The notes under the pieces are model-generated. The model made no database searches. It was not told the DNA's origin and worked only from the letters and a program-made list of their open reading frames with translations. Shown piece after piece: positions 27,310 to 35,983 of a DNA stretch of 64,000 nucleotides (the stretch's first letter is position 1; each line of letters starts with the position of its first letter). The stretch spans positions 7,220-71,219 of the forward strand of contig UQFY01000010.1 in NCBI GenBank assembly GCA_900540385.1, read 5' to 3'. Both the position numbers and the translations under genes were made by a program. Source of the stretch: an uncultured Mollicutes bacterium. Lineage in GTDB: Bacteria; Bacillota_I; Bacilli_A; RFN20; CAG-826.

Positions 27310-28014
27310 ATGAATTTTGAAGAAGAGAAAAACATCGCTGTCATTCTTATGGCTGGAAAAGGAGAACGCTTTTCCTCTTCTTTACCAAAACAATACGTTT
27401 TAATTGGCTCTAAAGAACTCTTCCTTTATACGATAGAGCCTTTTCTTACTTGCCCTTTGATTGATTTCTTACTCTTTGTCGTTCCTTCCTCTTTTGAAAA
27501 AAAGACCGAGGAGATTTTAATTAAAAACAAGATTTCTAAAGAATACGCTGTTATCCCAGGTTCTTTCTCTCGTGAAGAATCTTCCTATGAGGCAATAAAA
27601 TTTTTAAAAGACAAGAAGACAAATCCTTCTTCCACAATTTTATTTCAAGATGGAGATCGTCCTTTTTTAGAGGAAAAAACCATTTTGGATAACGTCTATT
27701 CCGCAAAACAATTTTCTGCGGTTGTTACTGCTTTCCCGGCTACTGATTCTTTAGCCTTATCGGAAGATGGCTATACCTTATCTTCCTATCTTCCTCGTGA
27801 AAAAATCTATTGTTTACAAACCCCACAGTCTTTTGCTTTCTCTTTGCTTGATAAAGCCTTTTCACAAGCCAAAAAGCCTTTAAGGGATTATACTGATGAA
27901 GGATCTTTGGTTTTGGACGCTTTTGGTAAGAAACCAAGAGTTATCTTGGGAAAGAAAAAGAACGTGAAAATTACGTATCAAGAAGATTTTGCCACTTTTG
28001 AGGAGAAAATATGA
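27310..28014 (+). CDS. ispD: 2-C-methyl-D-erythritol 4-phosphate cytidylyltransferase
   Basis: 234 aa. N-terminal AVILMAGKGERF..LPKQY motif and IspD-family length. Confidence 0.85.
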   Translation: MNFEEEKNIAVILMAGKGERFSSSLPKQYVLIGSKELFLYTIEPFLTCPLIDFLLFVVPSSFEKKTEEILIKNKISKEYAVIPGSFSREESSYEAIKFLKDKKTNPSSTILFQDGDRPFLEEKTILDNVYSAKQFSAVVTAFPATDSLALSEDGYTLSSYLPREKIYCLQTPQSFAFSLLDKAFSQAKKPLRDYTDEGSLVLDAFGKKPRVILGKKKNVKITYQEDFATFEEKI

Positions 28015-28367
28015 AAATTGAAGTAGGGGACATTCTAGAAGGAACCGTTATCAAGGTATATCCTCGTTACGCTATCCTTCTTTTTGATGAGAATGTTACG
28101 GGATTATTACACATAAGCGAAGTGTCTAATCATTACATCCATTCTTTCACTGATTTTGTGAAAGTCGGTAATATTTACAAGGTTAAAGTGATTGCATATG
28201 ATGAGAAAGGTCCTTCTATGCGAGTGTCTTTACGTGCTTTAAACTCCTCTGAAAAGAGAGAATCTATTGCACACTATAATGTAAAAGAGGACAATATTTC
28301 TTGTCGTGTTCTTAAAGAACACCTTCCTGAATGGATTAAGGAAGAAAACGAGGAAAAGGATTTATAG
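28011..28367 (+). CDS. S1 RNA-binding domain protein (YabR/GSP13-like)
   Basis: 118 aa. S1 fold pattern G.ILEGTV..V..YA.LL......GLLHISEV. ATGA overlap with ispD. Confidence 0.8.
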   Translation: MKIEVGDILEGTVIKVYPRYAILLFDENVTGLLHISEVSNHYIHSFTDFVKVGNIYKVKVIAYDEKGPSMRVSLRALNSSEKRESIAHYNVKEDNISCRVLKEHLPEWIKEENEEKDL

Positions 28368-28369
28368 CT

Positions 28370-29656
28370 ATGATTATTGAGACGAAAATAGATCATTTAG
28401 TTAACAAAGTTGATTTTGCAAAGTATCAAGCTAGAGTTAACGAGATTAATGAAATGATTAACAATCGCACTGGCGAAGGTAACGATTTCCTTGGCTGGCT
28501 TGATTGGCCTATTAATTACGACAAAGAAGAACTCGCTAAAATTAAGAAAGATGCTGAATACATCCGTGCAAATTATGACATTCTTGTCGTTTGTGGAATC
28601 GGCGGTTCTTATTTAGGAGCGAGAGCGGCAATTGAAGCCATCAAAGGAACTTTCCGTAGTAACACCCCAGAAATCATCTATCTAGGGCAAAGCTTAGATC
28701 CAACCTACATCCAAGAAAGCATTGAATATCTTCAAGATAAGAAGTTTGCCGTGAATGTTATTTCGAAATCCGGCACGACCACTGAAACAAGCGTTTCTTT
28801 CCGTCTTTTAAGAGAACTTCTTGAAAAGAGAGATGGTGTTGAAGCGGCTAGAAAAGCAATCTTTGCCACGACCGATAAAGCCAAAGGAGCTTTGTATACC
28901 TTATCAAAACAAGAAGGATATGAGATGTTTGTCATCCCAGATGATATCGGTGGAAGATATAGCGTTCAAACAGCAGTTGGTCTTCTTCCAATCGCTGTCG
29001 CTGGCATTGATCCAGAAGAAATCTTAAAAGGATCTGCTCAAGCCCGTTTGGATACAATGGATCCATCATTAGAAAAGAACGAAGCCTATAAATATGCGGT
29101 CATTCGTCATGCCTTATATGAGGAATATAAAAAGTCCGCGGAATTCTTTATCACCTATGTTCCTTCTTTCGTTCAATTAGGCGAATGGTGGAAGCAACTC
29201 TTTGGTGAATCGGAAGGAAAAGATGGCAAAGGCCTTCTTCCTGATTCCGCTACCTTTACTACCGACCTTCACTCTTTAGGACAATTTATTCAACAAGGAA
29301 GTCATTGTTTCTTTGAAACGACTCTTCACTTGACTCACCATCGTCATTGGATCAAAGTTCCTCATGACGAAGAGAATCTTGATAATCTTAATTTCTTAGA
29401 GGGAATGGGATTAGGCAGTATTCAAGATAAAGCCTTTGAAGGAACCTTAGAAGCCCATACGAAAGATGGCCATAACGATAACGTTGTTATTGAATTAGAG
29501 AGAATGAATCCATTCAATTTAGGCTATCTCTTCTATTGGTTTGAGAAAGCTTGCGCGATGAGCGCTTACCTTAATGGCGTAAATCCATTCAACCAACCAG
29601 GCGTTGAGATTTATAAGCGCAACATGTTCCATCTTCTTGGAAAACCTGGATATTGA
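28370..29656 (+). CDS. pgi: Glucose-6-phosphate isomerase
   Basis: 428 aa. Firmicute-type PGI motifs GIGGSYLGARA, ISKSGTTTE, GGRYS and GESEGK. Confidence 0.93.
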   Translation: MIIETKIDHLVNKVDFAKYQARVNEINEMINNRTGEGNDFLGWLDWPINYDKEELAKIKKDAEYIRANYDILVVCGIGGSYLGARAAIEAIKGTFRSNTPEIIYLGQSLDPTYIQESIEYLQDKKFAVNVISKSGTTTETSVSFRLLRELLEKRDGVEAARKAIFATTDKAKGALYTLSKQEGYEMFVIPDDIGGRYSVQTAVGLLPIAVAGIDPEEILKGSAQARLDTMDPSLEKNEAYKYAVIRHALYEEYKKSAEFFITYVPSFVQLGEWWKQLFGESEGKDGKGLLPDSATFTTDLHSLGQFIQQGSHCFFETTLHLTHHRHWIKVPHDEENLDNLNFLEGMGLGSIQDKAFEGTLEAHTKDGHNDNVVIELERMNPFNLGYLFYWFEKACAMSAYLNGVNPFNQPGVEIYKRNMFHLLGKPGY

Positions 29657-29672
29657 TTTCAAGACATTCTTT

Positions 29673-29696
29673 AGGGGCTCTTCGGAGTCCTTTTTT
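29673..29696 (+). terminator. Rho-independent terminator after pgi
   Basis: AGGGGCTC-TTCG-GAGTCCTT followed by TTTTTT. Confidence 0.7.
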
Positions 29697-29815
29697 ATTT
29701 TCCTGAAAGAATACAATAAAGTAATATTCTTAAGAATAAATCTTGCTTTTAAGTGGTTTGAGAGAAGTCTTCTTTTTGCCTTTTTGAGAAATTTTAAAAA
29801 TCGTTCGATAATTAA

Positions 29816-29844
29816 TTGACGAGGATAGGGGTATTGGGTAGAAT
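29816..29844 (+). promoter_or_regulatory. Promoter of the 5-tRNA operon
   Basis: TTGACG-17 nt-TAGAAT, about 30 nt upstream of the first tRNA. Confidence 0.6.
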
Positions 29845-29873
29845 AATACACGCACGTTTCGGCGAGCACCCGT

Positions 29874-29948
29874 GGATGCTTAGCTCAGCGGGAGAGCATC
29901 GCCCTTACAAGGCGGGGGTCACAGGTTCGAACCCTGCAGCATCCACCA
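29874..29948 (+). tRNA. tRNA-Val (anticodon TAC)
   Basis: Cloverleaf by eye. Acceptor GGATGCT/AGCATCC, anticodon loop CTTACAA, T-loop TTCGAAC, encoded CCA. Confidence 0.9.
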
Positions 29949-29978
29949 TCTTGCAATTAACGTGTAAAAACATTACCT

Positions 29979-30062
29979 GGGCGAATAGCGAAGTGGCCAA
30001 ACGCGGCTGACTGTAAATCAGCTCCTTCGGGTTCGGTGGTTCAAATCCATCTTCGCCCACCA
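29979..30062 (+). tRNA. tRNA-Tyr (anticodon GTA)
   Basis: Acceptor GGGCGAA/TTCGCCC, anticodon loop CTGTAAA, long variable arm, encoded CCA. Confidence 0.9.
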
Positions 30063-30073
30063 TCTTTGGTTCT

Positions 30074-30148
30074 TGGGGTGTAGCCAAGCGGTAAGGCAAC
30101 AGACTTTGACTCTGTCATACACTGGTCCGATCCCAGTCACCCCAGCCA
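30074..30148 (+). tRNA. tRNA-Gln (anticodon TTG)
   Basis: Acceptor TGGGGTG/CACCCCA, anticodon loop CTTTGAC. The T-arm ACTGG-TCCGATC-CCAGT has C at position 55. Encoded CCA. Confidence 0.88.
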
Positions 30149-30157
30149 ACTTAATAT

Positions 30158-30232
30158 CCTCCGTTAGCTCAGTGGTAGAGCACTTGACTTTTAATCAAGG
30201 GGTCGAGAGTTCAAGTCTCTCACGGGGGACCA
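30158..30232 (+). tRNA. tRNA-Lys (anticodon TTT)
   Basis: Acceptor CCTCCGT/ACGGGGG, anticodon loop CTTTTAA, T-arm GAGAG-TTCAAGT-CTCTC, encoded CCA. Confidence 0.88.
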
Positions 30233-30240
30233 ACCTTCGT

Positions 30241-30327
30241 GCCCGAGTGGCGAAATGGTAGACGCAAAGGACTTAAAATCCTTCGGGCGAATAACCCATG
30301 CCGGTTCGACTCCGGCCTCGGGCACCA
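30241..30327 (+). tRNA. tRNA-Leu (anticodon TAA)
   Basis: Acceptor GCCCGAG/CTCGGGC, anticodon loop CTTAAAA, long variable arm, encoded CCA. Confidence 0.9.
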
Positions 30328-30340
30328 GTCTTGTATTTAT

Positions 30341-30369
30341 GTCTGATATTTCGGTATCGGACTTTTTTT
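30341..30369 (+). terminator. Terminator of the tRNA operon
   Basis: GTCTGATA-6-nt loop-TATCGGAC followed by TTTTTTT. Confidence 0.75.
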
Positions 30370-30398
30370 GTAAAAATAATCAATTCTCATTTATTTTT

Positions 30399-30427
30399 TT
30401 GAAATAAAATCACTAACGTGATATTAA
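30399..30427 (+). promoter_or_regulatory. Putative promoter placing the TSS at or next to the ATG of the repeat-protein gene
   Basis: TTGAAA-17 nt-TATTAA (with upstream TG)-7 nt-ATG, no Shine-Dalgarno. Confidence 0.5.
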
Positions 30428-30434
30428 TTAAGTT

Positions 30435-32615
30435 ATGAATGAAGTAATAGATAAAAAACAACAAAAAGCTCTTGAAAAAGAGGAAAGAAAAAACAAAAGA
30501 GCAAGAAGAATTGCTTCCTGTCGTCCTTTAAAAAATTTTGGTTGGTGGTTCTTTGGATTCCTATCCTCCTTTGTTATTGTTGCTGGAAGCGCCGCTATTT
30601 GCGTTACCTTGATTCCAACAAATACCCTTTTAGGGAAGAACCATGCGGATTACGTCGATGAAGAAACGGGACAATCGACCATTCTTCAAATCCTTCAGAA
30701 TTATTCCAATTATTCCGTTTCTAATTTCCCTGTCATTCAAAAAGCCCTAGAAAGTGCCTTATCTTCCTCTGGCTTAGGACAATACATGGAAATTGATTAT
30801 CAAAAACTTTCGGAAGTGAAATTCTCTGATGTCAATTTTGAGAGCATCTTCAATAATTGCGTTACCATTACCGCGACAATTGACAATCTCGGTGTGACTT
30901 CTTCCTTAGGCGATTTAGCAAAACTCAAAGTCATGACGGAAAATACACCGACAGACATTCCGGATACAAGCGATCCTTCTTTCGAACCAGCTATCTATTA
31001 TTATCTTGATGACAACAATAATTTGAAATGCGCCTATAACACGGATAAGACAATGTTAGAAGCGGCAAAAGGAAAACAGCTTTATTTCCCTGCTCTTCTT
31101 AGAGTTCCTGTCGATAAGATGATTCAAATTCTTCCAACCCGTATGGGACAAGAAGAAGTCGTTGATCTTTTAAGCATCTTCACGAAGATTGAAGAGGACT
31201 CCTTAATAAAGAAAGTCTTTGATGGCTATACCATTAATGGCTTAGGAAGCTTTGATCCAAATTCAATTCTTATCAGCGACATCCTCACTTTGAGTGAGGA
31301 TAACAAAATGTTCTTTGACATTTTATGTGCCGCCTCTGTCGTTAAAGAAGGAGAAAAACAACCTACTCCTGAAACCTTGATGATTGGCAATTTAAATAAC
31401 ATTGATATCAATAAGGTCCATATTACTGAAATCGTTACCCCAAATGCAGATAACGAAGAGATATTTGCTATTCTTCGTGAGGCAACTGGCAAAAATAAAA
31501 ATGAGGATATCACCGTTGGCGATATTTCCAAAGCTAATTTAGATAACGTGAAATTATCCTCTCTCATCCCAAATGATGACGCCCACAAGTCTCTTTGCAC
31601 GATTCTTGCTTCAGCAACTGGGAAAGCGTCCTACGATGAAGTTACGATGAATGATTTATCTTCCTTTAACGTCAATAACGTTCTTCTAAAGGATGCCATG
31701 CCTTCTTTAGAGCAAACCTTAAAGGATATATATATCAAAGGCTGTAACGTCTCCTCCTTTGAAACCTTAAAGATGGGGGATCTCTCTTCCTTTGATATGA
31801 ATATCATCCCGTTGTCTCTTTTGCTTAAAGAAGAAGACAATCAAACCTTAACAAAGATCCTCCTCCAAGCAACCGGGAAAGCAAACTATTCCGATGTTGT
31901 CGTTGGAGATTTAACTTCGAACTTTGATGTAAATAGAATCGCATTAAAAACAGTGGTAGGAGAGAATGAGAATCTCTTTAACATCCTTACCCAAGCAACC
32001 GGCAAAGCGGAAGATGAAATCAAAGTCTCTGATCTCTCTTCCTTTGATATTTCTAATGTGAAACTCAACACGATAATTAAAGGGAAAACAAATAACCAAC
32101 TTCTTGATAATCTTTTATCTCAAGATGATGTCACAATCTCTAATATTGGTCAAAAAATCAATGAGATGAGAATCTATGATATCTATGGAGATAGTTGTTG
32201 GACGAGGGATTCTTCTAAATCAACGATTCCAGCCGATGCCTATTCCTATGATGCAAGTGCAAAGACGTACACCTATGTTCCTGAAACGGATAGAGCAACA
32301 GGAACGGAATACTATTATGTTTCGAAGAATTCGGGAATTATGTTGCTTCTGTCTTACGATATCACCTTAAAGGATGATACGAACGGTAGAGCAAAAACCT
32401 ATACTCCATCTACTTATCGATATACGGATTTAGAAAATGGCTCCGCTTCAAATGATCTCATTCGAAATTCAACCGTCTATCAATTGATTGCTACCGGATT
32501 CTTAACGGATAGCAATTCGAAGGGACAACCATATTCTGATAATTTGAAGAAAATGACCATTAAACAGTTAATTGATTTAGCTGATCAATTAGGCTCTACG
32601 TATTTCCCTTCTTAA
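30435..32615 (+). CDS. Membrane-anchored surface protein with internal ~45-aa repeats, unknown function
   Basis: 726 aa. Basic N-terminus plus a single TM helix (WWFFGFLSSFVIVAGSAAICVTLI). Carries 6-8 degenerate repeats with the core L..IL..ATGK....D..VGDLSSF...NV.L. Confidence 0.75.
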   Translation: MNEVIDKKQQKALEKEERKNKRARRIASCRPLKNFGWWFFGFLSSFVIVAGSAAICVTLIPTNTLLGKNHADYVDEETGQSTILQILQNYSNYSVSNFPVIQKALESALSSSGLGQYMEIDYQKLSEVKFSDVNFESIFNNCVTITATIDNLGVTSSLGDLAKLKVMTENTPTDIPDTSDPSFEPAIYYYLDDNNNLKCAYNTDKTMLEAAKGKQLYFPALLRVPVDKMIQILPTRMGQEEVVDLLSIFTKIEEDSLIKKVFDGYTINGLGSFDPNSILISDILTLSEDNKMFFDILCAASVVKEGEKQPTPETLMIGNLNNIDINKVHITEIVTPNADNEEIFAILREATGKNKNEDITVGDISKANLDNVKLSSLIPNDDAHKSLCTILASATGKASYDEVTMNDLSSFNVNNVLLKDAMPSLEQTLKDIYIKGCNVSSFETLKMGDLSSFDMNIIPLSLLLKEEDNQTLTKILLQATGKANYSDVVVGDLTSNFDVNRIALKTVVGENENLFNILTQATGKAEDEIKVSDLSSFDISNVKLNTIIKGKTNNQLLDNLLSQDDVTISNIGQKINEMRIYDIYGDSCWTRDSSKSTIPADAYSYDASAKTYTYVPETDRATGTEYYYVSKNSGIMLLLSYDITLKDDTNGRAKTYTPSTYRYTDLENGSASNDLIRNSTVYQLIATGFLTDSNSKGQPYSDNLKKMTIKQLIDLADQLGSTYFPS
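31158..32174 (+). repeat. Region encoding tandem degenerate ~42-46-aa protein repeats
   Basis: Example units: ILREATGKNKNEDITVGDISKANLDNVKL / ILASATGKASYDEVTMNDLSSFNVNNVLL / ILLQATGKANYSDVVVGDLTSNFDVNRIAL / ILTQATGKAEDEIKVSDLSSFDISNVKL. Confidence 0.7.
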
Positions 32616-32645
32616 AAAATACCCTGGAAATCCAGGGTATTTTTA
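32614..32645. terminator. Bidirectional terminator
   Basis: AAAAAATACCCTGG-AAAT-CCAGGGTATTTTT, between convergent genes. Confidence 0.85.
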
Positions 32646-32658
32646 AATATTGAAGAAA

Positions 32659-33174
32659 TTAGAGAGGGGTTTTGCCGTTGTTTTTATAAGTGCAAAAACG
32701 AATTTGATGACCATTATCTTCCATCATTTCGCTTGAAGAAAGAAGTTCAAAAGAAGGATCTTGATCAATATTCGGGAAGAAGACTTCTGCATGCCCATCT
32801 TCATTTACTTTCGTAAGAAGAACTTCATCTACATAAGGTAACATTTGACGATAGATGGAAGCCCCTCCAATAATAAAGACATCGTCATTTTCTAATTGTT
32901 TCTTGATTTCCTTTTTGAAACCATCCATTGAATGGACATTGATAACGTCTTCGTAATTATGCTTATCATCTTGAGAAAGAACGATGTTGGTACGATTCTT
33001 TAAAGGCTTGGATTGAGGGAAAGAAATGAGTGTGTTTTCACCCATTGCAACCGTATGCCCTTTTGTTGTTTCACGGAAGAATTTCATATCTAAAGGAAGA
33101 TGGAAAAGAAGACCATTTCTTTTGCCTATTCCAAAGTTCTTGTCACAGTTAAGGATTGCTATAAGTTTCTTCAT
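32659..33174 (-). CDS. folA: Dihydrofolate reductase
   Basis: 171 aa. Motifs N.GIGK.N.L.. and IIGGASIY. Lies immediately downstream of thyA. Confidence 0.9.
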   Translation of the reverse strand: MKKLIAILNCDKNFGIGKRNGLLFHLPLDMKFFRETTKGHTVAMGENTLISFPQSKPLKNRTNIVLSQDDKHNYEDVINVHSMDGFKKEIKKQLENDDVFIIGGASIYRQMLPYVDEVLLTKVNEDGHAEVFFPNIDQDPSFELLSSSEMMEDNGHQIRFCTYKNNGKTPL

Positions 33175-33175
33175 T

Positions 33176-34006
33176 TTAGATTGCCACCGGGATTTTCTTT
33201 CCTAACTTCTCAAATTCATAGTCTTCTAATTCAAAGCTATCGACTGTGAAATCGTAGAAATTCTTGATGCTTGTATCCATCTTTAGTTTTGGAGCTTTGT
33301 GTTGAGGTTTTTCCATAACCTCTTTTACTAAATCAATATGGCGGTCATATAAATGAGCATCGGAAATGACATGGATTAAGGTTCCTGCTTTTAAACCGGA
33401 TACTTGGGCAAACATCATGAGTAGTAAAGAGTATTGGAGAACGTTCCAATTGTTCGCGGTTAACATATCATTCGATCTTTGATTTAAAATGCCATTAAGC
33501 GTATCTCCAGAGACGTTAAAAGTCATCGAATACGCACAAGGATATAGATGCATCTCATGCAAATCATCAAAGTTATAGATGTTTGTCATGATTCTTCTAG
33601 ACGCAGGATTGTTTTTTAAATCAAAAAGGACGCGATCCACTTGGTCGAATTCACCTTCGGGATAAATCGATTTCTTAGCTAATTGATAACCATAGGCCTT
33701 ACCAATGGAGCCTGTTTCATCTGCCCAAGCGTCCCAAATGTGGGAATGCAAATCATGAACGTTATTGGATTTCTTTTGCCAAATCCAAAGAATCTCATCC
33801 AAACAATTCTTAAAAGCCGTTTTGCGAATGGTCAAGATAGGTAACTCTTCTTGCAAATTATAACGATTCACAATACCAAATTTTTTGATGGTATGAGCAG
33901 GGGTTCCATCTTCCCAATGTGGGCGAACTTTGCAGTTTGTATCCCAAACACCTTCGTTTAAAATTTCCTGACAATTTTGAATAAAAATTTGATCTGCACG
34001 CGACAT
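33176..34006 (-). CDS. thyA: Thymidylate synthase (ThyA type)
   Basis: 276 aa. RRIM..N, LYPCAYSMTF (catalytic Cys) and SNDM..A motifs. Confidence 0.95.
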   Translation of the reverse strand: MSRADQIFIQNCQEILNEGVWDTNCKVRPHWEDGTPAHTIKKFGIVNRYNLQEELPILTIRKTAFKNCLDEILWIWQKKSNNVHDLHSHIWDAWADETGSIGKAYGYQLAKKSIYPEGEFDQVDRVLFDLKNNPASRRIMTNIYNFDDLHEMHLYPCAYSMTFNVSGDTLNGILNQRSNDMLTANNWNVLQYSLLLMMFAQVSGLKAGTLIHVISDAHLYDRHIDLVKEVMEKPQHKAPKLKMDTSIKNFYDFTVDSFELEDYEFEKLGKKIPVAI

Positions 34007-34102
34007 ACATGTTCTCCGTTTCTAACTTACAATATCATAACGATTTTCAGGCAAAATCAGTAGAAAGAAAAACGATATTTTGTTATTGAAAAGGTGAATA
34101 AA

Positions 34103-34128
34103 GAAAAAACTGACGAATGAGTCGTCAG
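34103..34128 (-). terminator. Terminator downstream of tRNA-Leu(GAG)
   Basis: Minus strand: ACTGACGA-CTCAT-TCGTCAGT followed by TTTTTT. Confidence 0.75.
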
Positions 34129-34142
34129 TTCCGTTTTCATTG

Positions 34143-34226
34143 TGGTGCGGGAAATCGGACTTGAACCGACATGGGAATCCCATACGCCCCTCAAACGTAC
34201 GCGTCTACCAGTTCCGCCATTCCCGC
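34143..34226 (-). tRNA. tRNA-Leu (anticodon GAG)
   Basis: Minus strand: acceptor GCGGGAA/TTCCCGC, anticodon stem TACGT/GCGTA, loop TTGAGGG, long variable arm, encoded CCA. Confidence 0.88.
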
Positions 34227-34281
34227 AGCGTTCCTTATTATAAGGAAACGTTTTTCTATAAGCAAGAAGAAATGATACAAA

Positions 34282-35856
34282 TTAAGCGTATGTCGGGAAG
34301 AATAGACATGCCATACCGAAATAGATGAGCAAAGTTGTGACATCCATTACCGTTGTTAACATTGGTTGAGCAAGAAGAGCGGGGTCTTTTTTAAGGGCTG
34401 CTGCTCCCATACAAAGACAAGTTCCAATGAGTTTGGAAAAGGAAATCGCAAAGAACATCGTAAGAGAAACAAGAGCGCTAAAGGTGAAAGCGTGTGCCGC
34501 AAATGCTCCGGCATCTTCTCCGGTGAAGACGGTTCCATTCCAAATATGGTAGTTTGTAAAGTCGAAAGACTTACCAGATGGGTCGCTGACTTCTCCTAAG
34601 GAGACAATTCCAGTGTATTGTTCTAAGCTCACCCAGAAGAAACAGAAAATAGAAACGAATAAGGCAACAATCAAAGCGCTTCTAAGCTCTTTCCAGAGAA
34701 TTCTTAATGTATCTTTTGGTCCAAACTCATCGGTAGCTAAACCACGAATCATCAAACCGGTGGTCTGGCCACCAGCATTGCCACCCGTATCCATCAAGGT
34801 TGGAACAAAGGAAATCAAAATCGGTAAGGAAACGAAGATGGTTTGCGCTTCCAAGCGGTTTAAGACCATTGTTGTAAAGGTTCCTAAAATAAGCAAAGCA
34901 ATAATCCAAGGGATACATTTCTTTGCACTTTCCCAAACCGTGGATTGCGTATAGGTCTTTTCGGAAGGAACGACGTTGGTCATATGAGCGATATCTTCGT
35001 TCGATTCCTGAGTGATAACATCCATAGCATCGTCGACTGTGACGATACCAAGTAAGCAATTATCTTCATTTAAAACGGCCATAGCGTTTAAATCATATTT
35101 ACGGAACATGTTTGCAACATCTTCTCTATCGGTGTTCACGTGACAGAATGGCGCGTCTTTATTCATGATGTCCGAAAGAAGCTGATCGGATTTAGACCAA
35201 ATTAAGTCATCCAAGTCAACGGTTCCAACAAACTTTCTCTTTTCGTTCTTCACAAAGATTGTATAAACGGTTTCTGCTTCACGACCTCTTTTGCGAATAT
35301 GATCAATCGCTTTCTGCACCGTCCATCCCTCTTTTAATTCGATGAACTCGGTGGTCATGATAGCGCCAGCTGTATCTTCTTTATATTTTAATAACTGGTT
35401 AATGTCTTGACGCATCTCAGGATCGGCAGCAGCAAGGACCTTTTTCGCTAGGTTTGCAGGCATATCTCCGACCGTATCCGCCAAATCGTCCGCATACTGC
35501 TTGTTGATTAATTCGACAAGTTCCTTGTTTGTCATGGCTTGGACAAGGGACTCTTTCATATCTTGCGATAATTCGTCATATAAAGATGCGTTTTGCTCCG
35601 ATTTAGTATCACGGAATAAGGTAATGACGTCTTTGATATCCAATTCTTCGCAGGCTTTTGCAATATCTGCATCTGGGATGGTGTCAAAAATGCGTTTTAA
35701 TTCTTCCGTATTGTGGTCATGAATTGCTTTTAACAAAAGCTCGCTGTCGAATGAAGCTTCCGTGATGTCTTCAGAGGTAATTTCATCCAAAGGAACGTCG
35801 ATCTTTTCAATATCGTTATTCTTTACTTCGTTTTCAGGCTTTTTCTCTTCTTCCAT
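34282..35856 (-). CDS. mgtE: Magnesium transporter MgtE
   Basis: 524 aa. MgtE N-domain, tandem CBS region and a TM domain with DTGGNAGGQ. About 50 extra residues lie between late TM helices. AGGAGG ribosome-binding site. Confidence 0.9.
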   Translation of the reverse strand: MEEEKKPENEVKNNDIEKIDVPLDEITSEDITEASFDSELLLKAIHDHNTEELKRIFDTIPDADIAKACEELDIKDVITLFRDTKSEQNASLYDELSQDMKESLVQAMTNKELVELINKQYADDLADTVGDMPANLAKKVLAAADPEMRQDINQLLKYKEDTAGAIMTTEFIELKEGWTVQKAIDHIRKRGREAETVYTIFVKNEKRKFVGTVDLDDLIWSKSDQLLSDIMNKDAPFCHVNTDREDVANMFRKYDLNAMAVLNEDNCLLGIVTVDDAMDVITQESNEDIAHMTNVVPSEKTYTQSTVWESAKKCIPWIIALLILGTFTTMVLNRLEAQTIFVSLPILISFVPTLMDTGGNAGGQTTGLMIRGLATDEFGPKDTLRILWKELRSALIVALFVSIFCFFWVSLEQYTGIVSLGEVSDPSGKSFDFTNYHIWNGTVFTGEDAGAFAAHAFTFSALVSLTMFFAISFSKLIGTCLCMGAAALKKDPALLAQPMLTTVMDVTTLLIYFGMACLFFPTYA

Positions 35857-35983
35857 GGGCGTTTCCTCCTACTAGACCTAGTGTAGACTTTTTCTTAAAA
35901 ATAGAGAACAAAAAAATGAAAATGAAGAGCAACCTTTTTCTTACTGTTCTATAATATCCACGACATATGTAAGGAGTATTTAA

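Noticed and set aside
29816-30261. Three ORF-track entries (29816-30010 +, 29905-30099 -, 30073-30261 +) across the tRNA cluster
   Set aside because: They are fully explained by five tRNA genes with clean cloverleaves. They have no ribosome-binding site, and their composition is driven by the GC-rich tRNA sequence.
34140-34328. 62-aa plus-strand ORF
   Set aside because: It overlaps tRNA-Leu(GAG) on the opposite strand and the 3' end of mgtE. It is an artefact.
35857-35983. Possible M-box (Mg2+) riboswitch upstream of mgtE
   Set aside because: The divergent intergenic region is only 127 nt, and I could not find the conserved M-box helices or a terminator.
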